DNA of 64,000 bases from Alphaproteobacteria bacterium (lineage in GTDB: Bacteria > Pseudomonadota > Alphaproteobacteria > UBA828): assembly GCA_963422645.2 (NCBI GenBank), contig CAXXVO010000014.1, forward strand, positions 160,001 through 224,000, written 5' to 3'. Below are positions 11,521 through 21,429 of this stretch, in pieces; position 1 is the first letter of the stretch, and every line of letters begins with the position of its first letter. The position numbers were made by a program, and so were the translations under genes. The notes under the pieces were generated by a model. The model ran no database searches. It worked only from the letters and a program-made list of their open reading frames with translations, and had not been told where the DNA came from.

Positions 11521-13047
11521 GTGGTGGGGGAGATGCTGGTTGTGGAAACGATCGCGAAGATCCGTCGGGATCATCTGGTGAAGGGCGTTCCGATCAAGAA
11601 GCTCGCCCGGGATTTGAGGGTTTCCAAGAACACGATACGCAAGGTGGTGCGGGGCGATGCGACCTCGCACAGCTACGAGCGCAAGATCCAGCCGATGCCG
11701 AAGCTTGGGCTGTGGGTGGAGGAGCTTGAGCGCCAGCTGAAGGCCAACGAGAAGAAGGCACGCAAGGATCGGCTGTCTCTTCTGCGGATTCATGAAGACC
11801 TTGTGTCGCTGGGCTACAAGGGCGGCTATGACGCGGTTCGCCGCTATGCCAGGGCCTGGCGGCGCCGGTGGCGGCTGTTGTCGCCGGCGCAGGCCTATGT
11901 GCCGCTGATCTTCGATCCCGGCGAGGCCTACCAGTTCGACTGGAGCCACGAGTACGCGCGTCTGTCGGGCGCGACGACCAGGGTGAAGGCGGCGCACATG
12001 CGGCTGTGCCACAGCCGGATGTATCTGGTCCAGATCTTTCCCCGCGAGAGCCAGGAGATGGTCTTCGAGGCGCACGAGCGTGCCTTCCGCTTCTTCGGCG
12101 GGGTCTGCCGGCGGGGCATCTACGACAACATGAAGACGGCGGTGAGCACGATCTTCGTGGGCAAGAAGCGGGACTACAACCGCCGCTTCCAGGAGCTGTG
12201 CTCGCACCATCTGGTGGAGCCTGTGGCGTGCACGCCAGGGGCTGGCTGGGAGAAGGGGCAGGTCGAGAAGCAGGTGGGTGACCTTCGCGGCCGCCTGTTC
12301 GTGCCCATCCCGCGGGGCCGCTCCTACGCCGAGATCAACGAGTGGCTGATGGATCGGTGCATCGAGGACGCCAAGAAGCATCCGCATCCGACAATCCCGG
12401 GCAAGACGGTGTGGCAGGTGTTCGAGGAGGAGCAGCCCTTCCTGATGGCGTATCGCGGCCCCTTCGACGGCTTCCATGCCAGCGAGGTGTCGGTCTCGAA
12501 GACCTGTCTGGTGCGCTTCGACAACAACCAGTACAGCGTCGCGGCCCGCGCCGTCGGCCGGCCGGTGGACGTGCGGGCCTATGCCGATCGGATCGTCATC
12601 CGCCAGGACGGCGAGACCGTTGCCGAGCACCCCCGCAGCTTCGGGCGCGGCCGGTTCGTCTACGATCCGTGGCATTACGTGCCGATCCTGACGCGGAAGC
12701 CCGGCGCGCTACGCAATGGCGCGCCCTTCAAGGACTGGCAGTTGCCCAACGCGCTCGGCCGCCTGCGAACCCGGCTCGCGGGCCACGACGACGGCGACCG
12801 GCAGTTCGTCAAGGTGCTCGCGGCGGTGCTGGAGGACGGACTGGAGGCGGTTGAGGCGGCCTGTGCCGAGACGCTCGACTGCGGTGCCTGCAGCGCCGAC
12901 GTGGTGCTCAACATCCTCGCCCGGCAGCGCCAGCCGGCACCGCCGGCAATCATCCCGACGCCCGAGGGCCTGCAGCTTCGCCACAAGCCGGTAGCCGACT
13001 GTCAGCGCTACGACAGCCTGAGGGAGGCCGGTCATGGAGCGTCATGA
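11521..13047 (+). CDS. istA: IS21 transposase IstA
   Basis: N-terminal HTH; [17 protein letters not shown] and EKGQVE DDE motifs; [10 protein letters not shown]. Confidence 0.95.
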   Translation: MVGEMLVVETIAKIRRDHLVKGVPIKKLARDLRVSKNTIRKVVRGDATSHSYERKIQPMPKLGLWVEELERQLKANEKKARKDRLSLLRIHEDLVSLGYKGGYDAVRRYARAWRRRWRLLSPAQAYVPLIFDPGEAYQFDWSHEYARLSGATTRVKAAHMRLCHSRMYLVQIFPRESQEMVFEAHERAFRFFGGVCRRGIYDNMKTAVSTIFVGKKRDYNRRFQELCSHHLVEPVACTPGAGWEKGQVEKQVGDLRGRLFVPIPRGRSYAEINEWLMDRCIEDAKKHPHPTIPGKTVWQVFEEEQPFLMAYRGPFDGFHASEVSVSKTCLVRFDNNQYSVAARAVGRPVDVRAYADRIVIRQDGETVAEHPRSFGRGRFVYDPWHYVPILTRKPGALRNGAPFKDWQLPNALGRLRTRLAGHDDGDRQFVKVLAAVLEDGLEAVEAACAETLDCGACSADVVLNILARQRQPAPPAIIPTPEGLQLRHKPVADCQRYDSLREAGHGAS

Positions 13048-13762
13048 TGTGCTGGAGATGATGACCCAGCTGAAGCTCGCAGGTATGCGCGCCGCTTACG
13101 ACGACATCCTTGCCGACGGGCTCAAGCGCCGCCATCCGGTGCAACAGATCATCGGTACGCTGCTGCAGGTCGAGATCGCCGACAAGAGGGCCCGCTCGAT
13201 CAAGTACCAGATGGCCTCCGCCAAGCTGCCGACGGTCAAGGAGCTGGCCGACTTCGACTTCGCCGCCTCGCCGGTCAACGAGCCCCTGATCCAGGAGCTC
13301 GCCGGCGGCGGCTTCCTCGAGGGCAAACGCAACATCGTGCTGGTCGGCGGCACCGGTACCGGCAAGACCCATCTCGCCGTCGCCATCGCGCGGTCCTGCA
13401 TCCGCAAGGGCGCGCGCGGCCGGTGCTACAACGTCGTCGACCTGGTCAACCTCCTCGAGGCCGAGCTTCGCGCCGGACGCCAGGGCCGCACTGCAGACCA
13501 GCTCGTCCGCCGCGACTTCGTCATCCTCGACGAGCTCGGCTACCTGCCCTTCGCCCAGGCCGGTGGGCAGCTGCTCTTCCATCTGATGAGCCGGCTCTAC
13601 GAGCGCACCTCGATCGTCATCACCACAAACCTCGCCTTCGGCGAATGGCCATCCGTCTTCGGCGACCCCAAGATGACCACAGCGCTGCTCGATCGCCTCA
13701 CCCATCATTGCGAGATCATCGAGACCGGCAACGAGAGCTGGCGCTTCAAGAACCGCTCCTGA
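13034..13762 (+). CDS. istB: IS21 helper ATPase IstB
   Basis: [33 protein letters not shown]. Confidence 0.96.
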   Translation: MERHDVLEMMTQLKLAGMRAAYDDILADGLKRRHPVQQIIGTLLQVEIADKRARSIKYQMASAKLPTVKELADFDFAASPVNEPLIQELAGGGFLEGKRNIVLVGGTGTGKTHLAVAIARSCIRKGARGRCYNVVDLVNLLEAELRAGRQGRTADQLVRRDFVILDELGYLPFAQAGGQLLFHLMSRLYERTSIVITTNLAFGEWPSVFGDPKMTTALLDRLTHHCEIIETGNESWRFKNRS

Positions 13763-13788
13763 CCCGCCGCCGGCCTCCCTTGCGGCCC

Positions 13789-13895
13789 GGTTGCCCCGGT
13801 GGGCCAACAGGGACCCCCCACGCGGCTTCGCTCCGCGTAGCGCAGGGCGCCACACGAAGCCGCGCGGGTCCCCCCTATTGGCTACCGGGACAACC
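13789..13895. other. Long imperfect stem-loop in the IS21 3' non-coding region
   Basis: GGTTGCCCCGGT...CGCGGCTTCG pairs with CGAAGCCGCG...ACCGGGACAACC. Confidence 0.7.
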
Positions 13896-14184
13896 TCCGC
13901 CGTGCCACTCAGGGGGGTCAATTTTGCACGCCGATCGGGGGTCAGTATTGAAAGCCGATTGACACCCGTCATGCAGGCGCAGGGCCACAAGCCCCATCCC
14001 CGGAAACTGCTTCAAGCGCTGCTCACCGCCGATGCCGACATCCTGCCGGATCCTGGCAATGGCCTCCTGCGGGTCCACATTCTTGGCCTCGCAAACGACG
14101 CCTGCGACCGTTGGATCGATGCGGTTCTGAGCGACCTGAACGCCACCGAAACGGTCTTCCCCGGCACCCGTCTGCGCATAGTCT

Positions 14185-16697
14185 CAGACTTCCTGACCTC
14201 GTGATGCTGGCTGTTCTGGGCAGCGTGCCGGGAACTCCTTGAATTCTGATACATTTCGGTTGTTTCAGGCGGTTTTTCGCTGGGTGTCGCGCCCGAGGTC
14301 TGATATTATAATTTGATACCAATTGCACGGTCTCAACCATGCCCAGTACCCTCCCAATGTGCCCTCCAGAGGCGGTCTCGATCGGCAACAGCTGCTTCGC
14401 CGTCCTGATCTCGGACGACACCTTCACCTACTTTTCCAACCTCATTCCCTTTGACAGCCACGCCGCCGATGACCGCACGGCCATGCTCTTGCGGATCGGC
14501 CGCCTCGCGGCGATCAGCGCGGTCTCGCCGCAGGAACTGGCTGACGCTTTCGCTGTCTCGCGCGCGACGGTGCAGCGCGCACGACGGCGCTACCTGGCCG
14601 AGGGCGAAGCGGGGTTCATGAAGCCCCGGCGCGGTCGCGGGCCGTCGGTGTTCACTCCGGAGTTGGCGGAGAAGGCGACGGCGTTGCTGGCATCGGGCCT
14701 GAGCGGCTCTGCGGCGGCCCGGGTTCTCGGCGTGTCAGCGCCATCGGTCAACAAGTGGCGCCGTCAGGGACTGATCGGCAACACGGAGGCGGATGGGGAG
14801 CCCGGACGCTCAGCGCTGGCTGCGCCGCCTGACGCGGGTGCGGCTCCTGAAGGCCGTGTCGATGAAGAGAGTACCGGTGCCCCGGGGCCGGAGACGGCGC
14901 CGGGGCTGGAAGCGCAGCCGCAAACGGATCGCAGCGCGCGCGATCGGCGGGACCGGCAGGCGCCGATGGGGCGTGCGACTTGCGATGTTCCGGCTCGGGT
15001 TCTGGCCAGTTGTGGACAGGCGGGGCCGGTCGAACCGCAGTTCGCCGCCGCCGCCCGCGGTGTCCGCTTCGGCGGCGTGCTCGCCGCCCTGCCGGCCCTG
15101 CTGAAGGAAGGTCTTCTCTCCGAGACCGGTCTCCTGCCATTGCTGCCGAAGGGCTATTACGGCTTGCCTACGATCCTGCTCTTCCTGGCCTTCATGACCT
15201 TGGCGCGGGTGCGCAACCCCGAGAGCCTGCGCTACCAGGCGCCGGGCGAATGGGGCGCCATTCTCGGCCTCGATCGCTGCCCCGAGGTCAAGACGCTGCG
15301 CCGCAAGATCGCTCTCATCGCCGACGACGAGGCCGGCGTGCGGGCGTGGCAGCTCGCCCTTGCCAGGCGCTGGCAGGCGCCGACGAGCCGGAGCTCTGGG
15401 CGACGCTGGCCATCGACGGGCACGTCAAGGTCTACTCCGGCCGCAAGGGGCGCTTGCCCAAGCACTTCGTCTCGCGCGAGAAGCTGTGCCTGCCGGCGAG
15501 CGCCAGCTACTGGATCAACGCTCTGGGCGGCAAGCCGCTGCTCTGTCTGCACAAGCCGCTGGACCCGAAGATGGTCGCGGCCATCGAAGCCGACGTGGTG
15601 CCGGCGCTGCAGGAGCTTGGGATCGTTGGCGCCGGGGCGCCGGACCTGACCGCCGAGCATCCCGGCCAGCCGGCGCTCACCCTGGTCTTCGACCGCGAGG
15701 GCTGGAGCCCGGATCTGTTCCGCCGGCTGGCGAGGCGCGGCGTCGCCTGCCTGACCTGGCACAAGAACTTCAGGGGCGAGGACTGGCCGGCCGAGGACTT
15801 CGGCGCGATGACCGTTCCCATTCACGGACCGGCGGCGGACGGCAGCGCCACCATGCGGCTGGCTGAGAAGCCGGTGACGTTGCCGAACGGCTTCAGGGTG
15901 CGCCAGATCCGCCGCCTGCTCGACAACGGCCGTCAGGTGCCGCTGATCACCACCGATCCGCACAAGCCGATGGCTGAGGTTGCGGGCGCCATGTTCTCGC
16001 GCTGGTCGCAGGAGAACTTCTTCAAGTACATGCGTGACGAGTTCAATCTCGACGCCCTGCCGACCCACGAGCTCGAGCCTCTCGATCCCGCCGCCATGGT
16101 CGTCAACCCGCTGCGGCGGGCCTATGACAAGGCAATCCATCGCCTCGACCGCCAGCTTGGCCGCCTGCGCAACCGCATCGCCGACACGGCCCGGAAGAAG
16201 CAGCCGACGGCGGAACTCAGGAGGGAAGTCAGGGACCTCCAGGATGTCCGCGACATCGTCAGGGCCAGCCGCAGGGAGACGCCCAAGCACTGCCGGGCCG
16301 GCGACCTCGACGAAGCCGAGCAGCTCGATGCCTTGCCCGCGCGCGAGCGCCTCCTCCTCGACGTCATCCGGATGATCGCCTACCGCGCCGAAACCCGCAT
16401 GATGCTTCCCGTCATGCAGGCGCAGGGCCACAAGCCCCATCCCCGGAAACTGCTTCAAGCGCTGCTCACCGCCGATGCCGACATCCTGCCGGATCCTGGC
16501 AATGGCCTCCTGCGGGTCCACATTCTTGGCCTCGCAAACGACGCCTGCGACCGTTGGATCGATGCGGTTCTGAGCGACCTGAACGCCACCGAAACGGTCT
16601 TCCCCGGCACCCGTCTGCGCATAGTCTACGACATCGACGGGGCCTCGGAATCCGCGCGGCTCGTGTCACCTAAAATCAGCAGAGGTCAGGAAGTCTG
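14185..16697 (+). mobile_element. Unclassified DDE IS copy 2 (full length, 2513 bp)
   Basis: 16-bp perfect TIR CAGACTTCCTGACCTC / GAGGTCAGGAAGTCTG. Confidence 0.92.
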
Positions 16698-16698
16698 A
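14339..16698 (+). CDS. DDE transposase (~786 aa) with apparent frameshift at ~15375
   Basis: Two overlapping ORFs (14339-15649, 14980-16698) join into an HTH + DDE protein; ORF reads through the right TIR. Confidence 0.8.
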
Positions 16699-18293
16699 AG
16701 ATAAGGTCGTCTTGGTCTGGGCTGCGGGAAATGCGCATGGCACGACATGCGATATCTCTATACCCCAGTGCGTAGACGGCGCGGTTGAAGCGAGCTCGGT
16801 CGACCTGTTGCCGGGCTTAGCCACACACTATCCGGAGCTGCAAGATAATACGGTCGCCGTGGTGGCCATACGCCCAGACGGAGAAATTGCCGACTTTTCC
16901 AACCGCTGCGGCATCGCGGCTGAGTATTGCTTGGCGGCGCCGGGAGAGCAGGTCCGCGCGGCGTATTTCGGCCCGGACTTGGAAGGTACCCCAGGCTTTC
17001 GGGGTGTCGCCGGTTTGCGTGGCACATCGGTCGCCGCGCCGATGGTGACCGGCGGCCTTGCGCTGATGAAGCAGTATTTCCGGGGCCAGATCTCCAACAC
17101 CGATCTGCTCTCGAGGCTTCTGGAGACGGCGAACAGCAGCGGCATCTATGCCGACTCGGCGATCTACGGTCGAGGCCTCATGGACTTGGGCGCTGCGACC
17201 TCGCCCGTGGGTGAGACGGTCGTTGCGATGGGCGATCGGGTAGAAAGCGCGGGCGCCGCTCTGAGCGATTCGGTCGTGCAGCTCGGCCTCGCCTTCGGCG
17301 ACGCACTCATTCCAGCGCTCGAAGATCGCGAGATCGCCGCGTTCGATCAGCTTGGCGCTCCGTTCTGGTACGACGTCGACACGATGGTGAACGTTGCCGC
17401 GCGACCTGCGCTGCACGATCGCTTCCGTGATTTCCAACAGCTATCGCTGTCGAAGCCGCACGGCTCCCCAGCGGATGCCATCCGACTCCCCATCCTTGAG
17501 ACACGCGACGCACCTCAGGGCGCGCTCCCTGCCTTGTATCTGGCGAAGTCTGGCGCCTCCCCCGCCGCGAGTGCCAGCCACTTTGCCCTTGCCAGACACA
17601 GCGTCGTCGCCAACTTGCCGGTTGCCGCGCACCTGAGCGCCACCTTGCTCACCACGGAAGGCCTTGTCCGGCAAAAGCCTGCTTCGGGTGCGGCGCTCAC
17701 CTGGCGTGAACCTGAGGCCCCGTTCGGTCTCCGGGCGGGCTGGATGGGCGAGCGGGACACCCTGCTCGGCAGCGAGTCCGGCGGCGCGTTCGGGGATATC
17801 GAGGCGCACGTCGCATTCGCGGGAATCGAAGCGGATACGGAGGTCGGTTCGTGGCGCCTTGGCGGCACTGCGGAGATCGGCACCGTGAACGCGCAGGCGC
17901 AAGGCGGTGTGTTCCAGGAGATCTCGCCTCTCGCCACCAGTGCATTCGCGTTGCACGCCACCCGACAGAACTCCGACGGCAGTGCGTTTCGAGTGTCGCT
18001 GTCGCAGCCGCTCCGCGTAGAGCGCGGTCAGGCGCTGCTTGCGCTTCCCTCAGGACGAACGAAAGCGGGCGAGGTGGTCCGCAACACACTGAATGCGGAT
18101 GTCGAGCCCGGTGGAAGGCAGGTTGACTTGGTGCTGCAATGGCACCAGCCGTTGGAGCTCGGCGAGTTGCGTCTCGGCGCAACACTCTCCCACGAGCCGG
18201 GCCATCGCAAGAACGCGGACGCAGAGCTAATTCTGCTCTCGGGCTGGCGCCACTTCTTCTAAGTCGGGCCGTAGCGGGCGCGTCCCGCGCCAG

Positions 18294-19508
18294 CTACGCC
18301 ATTGCGGCGCGCAGACGGCGGTCGATCGCGTCCAAAAAACCCTTTGAGTTGAGCCAGCCCTGGTCGGGGCCGATCAGGATGGCGAGGTCCTTGGTCATCT
18401 CGCCGGCTTCCACGCACTCGATGCAGCAGCGCTCCAGCGTGTCGCCAAAGTCCACGAGCGCCTGGTTGCCGTCGTGCCGGCCGCGGTGCTTGAGGCCGCG
18501 GGTCCAGGCGAAGATCGAGGCGATCGGGTTGGTCGAGGTCTCCTCGCCCCGCTGATAGGCGCGGTAGTGGCGGGTGACCGTGCCGTGCGCCGCCTCGGCC
18601 TCCACCGTCTTGCCGTCGGGCGACATCAGCACCGAGGTCATCAGGCCGAGCGAGCCGAAGCCCTGGGCCACGGTGTCCGACTGTACGTCGCCGTCGTAAT
18701 TCTTGCAGGCCCAGATGAAGGCGCCCTCCCACTTGAGCGCGGCGGCGACCATGTCGTCGATCAGCCGGTGCTCGTAGCTGATGCCGGCGGCCTCGAAGCG
18801 GTCCTTGAACTCGGCCTCGAAGACTTCCTCGAAGAGGTCCTTGAAGCGCCCGTCGTAGAACTTGAGGATCGTGTTCTTGGTCGACATGTAGACCGGCCAG
18901 CTCCGATCCAGCCCGTAGTTCATGCAGGCGCGGGCGAAGTCGCGGATCGAATCGTCCAGGTTGTACATGGCGAGCGCGACGCCGCCGCCGGGGAAGTCGA
19001 ACACCTCCCGCTCGATGGTCTCGCCGCCGTTCGCGGGCTCGAAGCGCACCGTGAGCTTGCCCTTGCCTGGCACCACGAAATCGGTGGCGCGGTACTGGTC
19101 GCCAAAGGCGTGGCGGCCGATCACGATCGGGTGCTGCCAGCCGGGCACGAGGCGCGGCACATTGCGGCAAATTATCGGCTCGCGGAACACCGTGCCTCCG
19201 AGGATGTTGCGGATCGTGCCGTTGGGCGAGCGCCACATCTTCTTGAGGCCGAACTCCTCGACGCGAGCCTCGTCAGGCGTGATGGTCGCGCACTTGACGC
19301 CGACGCCGAACTCCTTGATCGCTTCGGCGCAATCGATCGTGACCTGATCGTCGGTGGCGTCCCGATGCTCGACGCCGAGGTCGAAATAGAGAAGGTCGAT
19401 ATCAACATAGGGCAGGATCAGCTGGTCCTTGATCCACGCCCAGATAATTCGGGTCATCTCGTCGCCGTCGATCTCGACGACGGGGTTGGCGACCTTGATT
19501 TTCGCCAT
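18294..19508 (-). CDS. icd: NADP-dependent isocitrate dehydrogenase
   Basis: [48 protein letters not shown]. Confidence 0.98.
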   Translation of the reverse strand: MAKIKVANPVVEIDGDEMTRIIWAWIKDQLILPYVDIDLLYFDLGVEHRDATDDQVTIDCAEAIKEFGVGVKCATITPDEARVEEFGLKKMWRSPNGTIRNILGGTVFREPIICRNVPRLVPGWQHPIVIGRHAFGDQYRATDFVVPGKGKLTVRFEPANGGETIEREVFDFPGGGVALAMYNLDDSIRDFARACMNYGLDRSWPVYMSTKNTILKFYDGRFKDLFEEVFEAEFKDRFEAAGISYEHRLIDDMVAAALKWEGAFIWACKNYDGDVQSDTVAQGFGSLGLMTSVLMSPDGKTVEAEAAHGTVTRHYRAYQRGEETSTNPIASIFAWTRGLKHRGRHDGNQALVDFGDTLERCCIECVEAGEMTKDLAILIGPDQGWLNSKGFLDAIDRRLRAAMA

Positions 19509-19648
19509 CCGAAGCTCTCCAGGAATGCGTTGCGGGCAAGGGGCCCCGGGAGGAATGCGTCGGCGGCCGGCGGGGCCGCGCGCACCTTAGCAAAGCGGTC
19601 CTACCGGTCAAGGACGGGGCCGCCCGGAAGGAGGGCTCGGAAGGGCGG

Positions 19649-20203
19649 CTACGCCTCGCCGTTGTCGAGGGCGCGGAACAGCTCCTCCGTCGAGCGGACC
19701 ACGGTGGCGAGGCCGGGTGCCGCCGGCGGGGCGAAGCCGTCGGCGCTCACGTGGTCGATCAGGGCGAGGAGGGGTCCCCAATAGCCCTCGGTGTCGAGAA
19801 CGATCACGGGCTTGTCTAGGAGCCCGAGCTGCTTCCAGGTCAGCACCTCGAAGAACTCGTCGAGGGTGCCATAGCCGCCTGGCAGGATTACGAAGCCGTC
19901 AGCGCGGTCGATCATGATCTGCTTGCGCCGGAACATGTCCTCGGTGACCACCGTCTCGGTCAGGCCCTCGTGCGCCACTTCGAGGCGCGCCAGATGCTCG
20001 GGGATGACGCCGACGACATCGCCGCCGCCCGCCAGCACGGCATCGGCCACCACCGCCATCAGGCCGATGCCGCCGGCACCGTACACGAGCGTGATCCCGC
20101 GCTCGGCCAGCGCCGTGCCCAGGCTGCGGGCGGCCTCGGCATGGGCCGGGTTGCGGCCCCTTTGAGAGCCGCAAAAGACGCAAAGGGACGCGATCGCCGC
20201 CAT
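19649..20203 (-). CDS. LOG family (TIGR00730-like) nucleotide phosphoribohydrolase
   Basis: CVFCGS, GLM, RK..M and PGGYGTLDE motifs. Confidence 0.92.
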   Translation of the reverse strand: MAAIASLCVFCGSQRGRNPAHAEAARSLGTALAERGITLVYGAGGIGLMAVVADAVLAGGGDVVGVIPEHLARLEVAHEGLTETVVTEDMFRRKQIMIDRADGFVILPGGYGTLDEFFEVLTWKQLGLLDKPVIVLDTEGYWGPLLALIDHVSADGFAPPAAPGLATVVRSTEELFRALDNGEA

Positions 20204-20376
20204 CGCCGGTCCGATCCTGAATCAGTGGCTGAGGTGTAGGAGTGCCGCTCTGTAGCAGAGACCGCCCCCGGCCGCCAGCCGAGATGACGGCCGGGGCTTG
20301 GTTGTAATGCCCATTGAAGCGACTATATCAGAATAGGGACCCCAAGTGCCGGGGGCAGGACCGAGCGCGGGATCCC

Positions 20377-21351
20377 ATGGAAGGGTTCAACATCCGTTTC
20401 ACCCATCGCATCGGCTGTCTGCTGCTGGCGATGCTGGCGAGTGTCGTGCTCGCCGGTGCGGCGCCTGCGGCGGAGCCCGCGATCGAGCCCGATCCGGCAA
20501 GCGCGGACCCCGCGGCACGCGGCGCCTACATCCTGCGCGCAGCGGGCTGCGCGACCTGCCACACCGACGTCGCGGGCGGCGGCGCGTTCCTCGCCGGCGG
20601 TCGCATGCTGTCCTCGCCCTGGGGGGCGATCGCCGCGCCCAACATCACGCCGGATCCTGAAACAGGTATAGGCGGCTGGTCCGACGAGAATTTTGTGCGC
20701 GCGCTGCGCGACGGCAAGTCGCCCGAAGGCCGCACCTACTACCCGGCGTTTCCGTACACCGCGTATGCCGGCATGCATCACGAGGACATGCTCGACCTCA
20801 AGGCCTACCTCGACACGGTGGAGCCGGTCGTCGCCCCCAATAGGCCGCACGCGCTCAGGTTTCCGTTCAACGTGCGCCTCTTTCTCCACCCCTGGCGCTG
20901 GCTCTTCTTCGATCGAGTGCCCATCGCTGCCGATCCCGGCCAGGACGAGCGCCTGTCGCGCGGGTGCTATCTCGTGGAAACGCTGGGCCACTGCGCCGAA
21001 TGCCACACCCCGCGCAACATGCTGGGCTCCCTCAAGCGCGGCCCGCACCTGGCGGGGTCTCGCTATGGGCCAAGCGGCATCTCGGTTCCCAATATCACCC
21101 CCGATAGCGAGACCGGCATCGGCTCATGGTCCGAAATCGATCTGGCGTTCTTCCTGCGCACGGGCTTCACGCCCTATGGCGACGACGTGCAGGGCGAGAT
21201 GCGCGAGGCTATCGACGACGGGTTGCGCCACCTGACCCAGGAGGATCTGGAGGCCATGGCCGCCTATCTCAAGTCGCTGCCTGCGATCCGCAATCCGGTG
21301 AGCTCGACTCCGTCTCCGCCGCCCGCGTTTTCGTCTGGCGGCGACTGGTAG
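20377..21351 (+). CDS. Periplasmic diheme cytochrome c (dehydrogenase cytochrome-subunit-like)
   Basis: Signal peptide; CATCH and CAECH; repeated PNITPD.ETGIG.WS; YPAFPY. Confidence 0.88.
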   Translation: MEGFNIRFTHRIGCLLLAMLASVVLAGAAPAAEPAIEPDPASADPAARGAYILRAAGCATCHTDVAGGGAFLAGGRMLSSPWGAIAAPNITPDPETGIGGWSDENFVRALRDGKSPEGRTYYPAFPYTAYAGMHHEDMLDLKAYLDTVEPVVAPNRPHALRFPFNVRLFLHPWRWLFFDRVPIAADPGQDERLSRGCYLVETLGHCAECHTPRNMLGSLKRGPHLAGSRYGPSGISVPNITPDSETGIGSWSEIDLAFFLRTGFTPYGDDVQGEMREAIDDGLRHLTQEDLEAMAAYLKSLPAIRNPVSSTPSPPPAFSSGGDW

Positions 21352-21429
21352 GGTGTCAGTTGGGGTAAACTGTCGCGCCTCGAACGACTCGTGTATCGTG
21401 GCGCCGCCCATCACTGCTAGGCGTATCGA

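Larger units (their letters stand above)
11414..13964 (+). mobile_element. IS21-family insertion sequence
   Basis: TGT...ACA ends with repeated TGACCCC boxes; 8-bp TSD CCCGTCAT (11406-11413, 13965-13972); istA-istB pair. Confidence 0.95.
9182..14184 (+). mobile_element. Unclassified DDE IS copy 1 (TIR CAGACTTCCTGACCTC), interrupted by IS21 and missing its last ~70 bp
   Basis: Near-identical to 14185-16697; left flank AAGAT is duplicated at 16698-16702. Confidence 0.88.
6132..18262 (+). pseudogene. Lipoprotein S8 (subtilisin-like) serine protease with C-terminal beta-barrel-like domain, split by IS insertions (pieces 6132-6767, 9011-9181, 16703-18262)
   Basis: Lipobox LAAC, VGVLDTG (Asp) and SHGT (His) in piece 1; LNLSLG in piece 2; AAGN and GTSVAAP (Ser) in piece 3. 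Removing the ISs and one copy of each TSD rejoins a ~788-aa frame. Confidence 0.88.
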
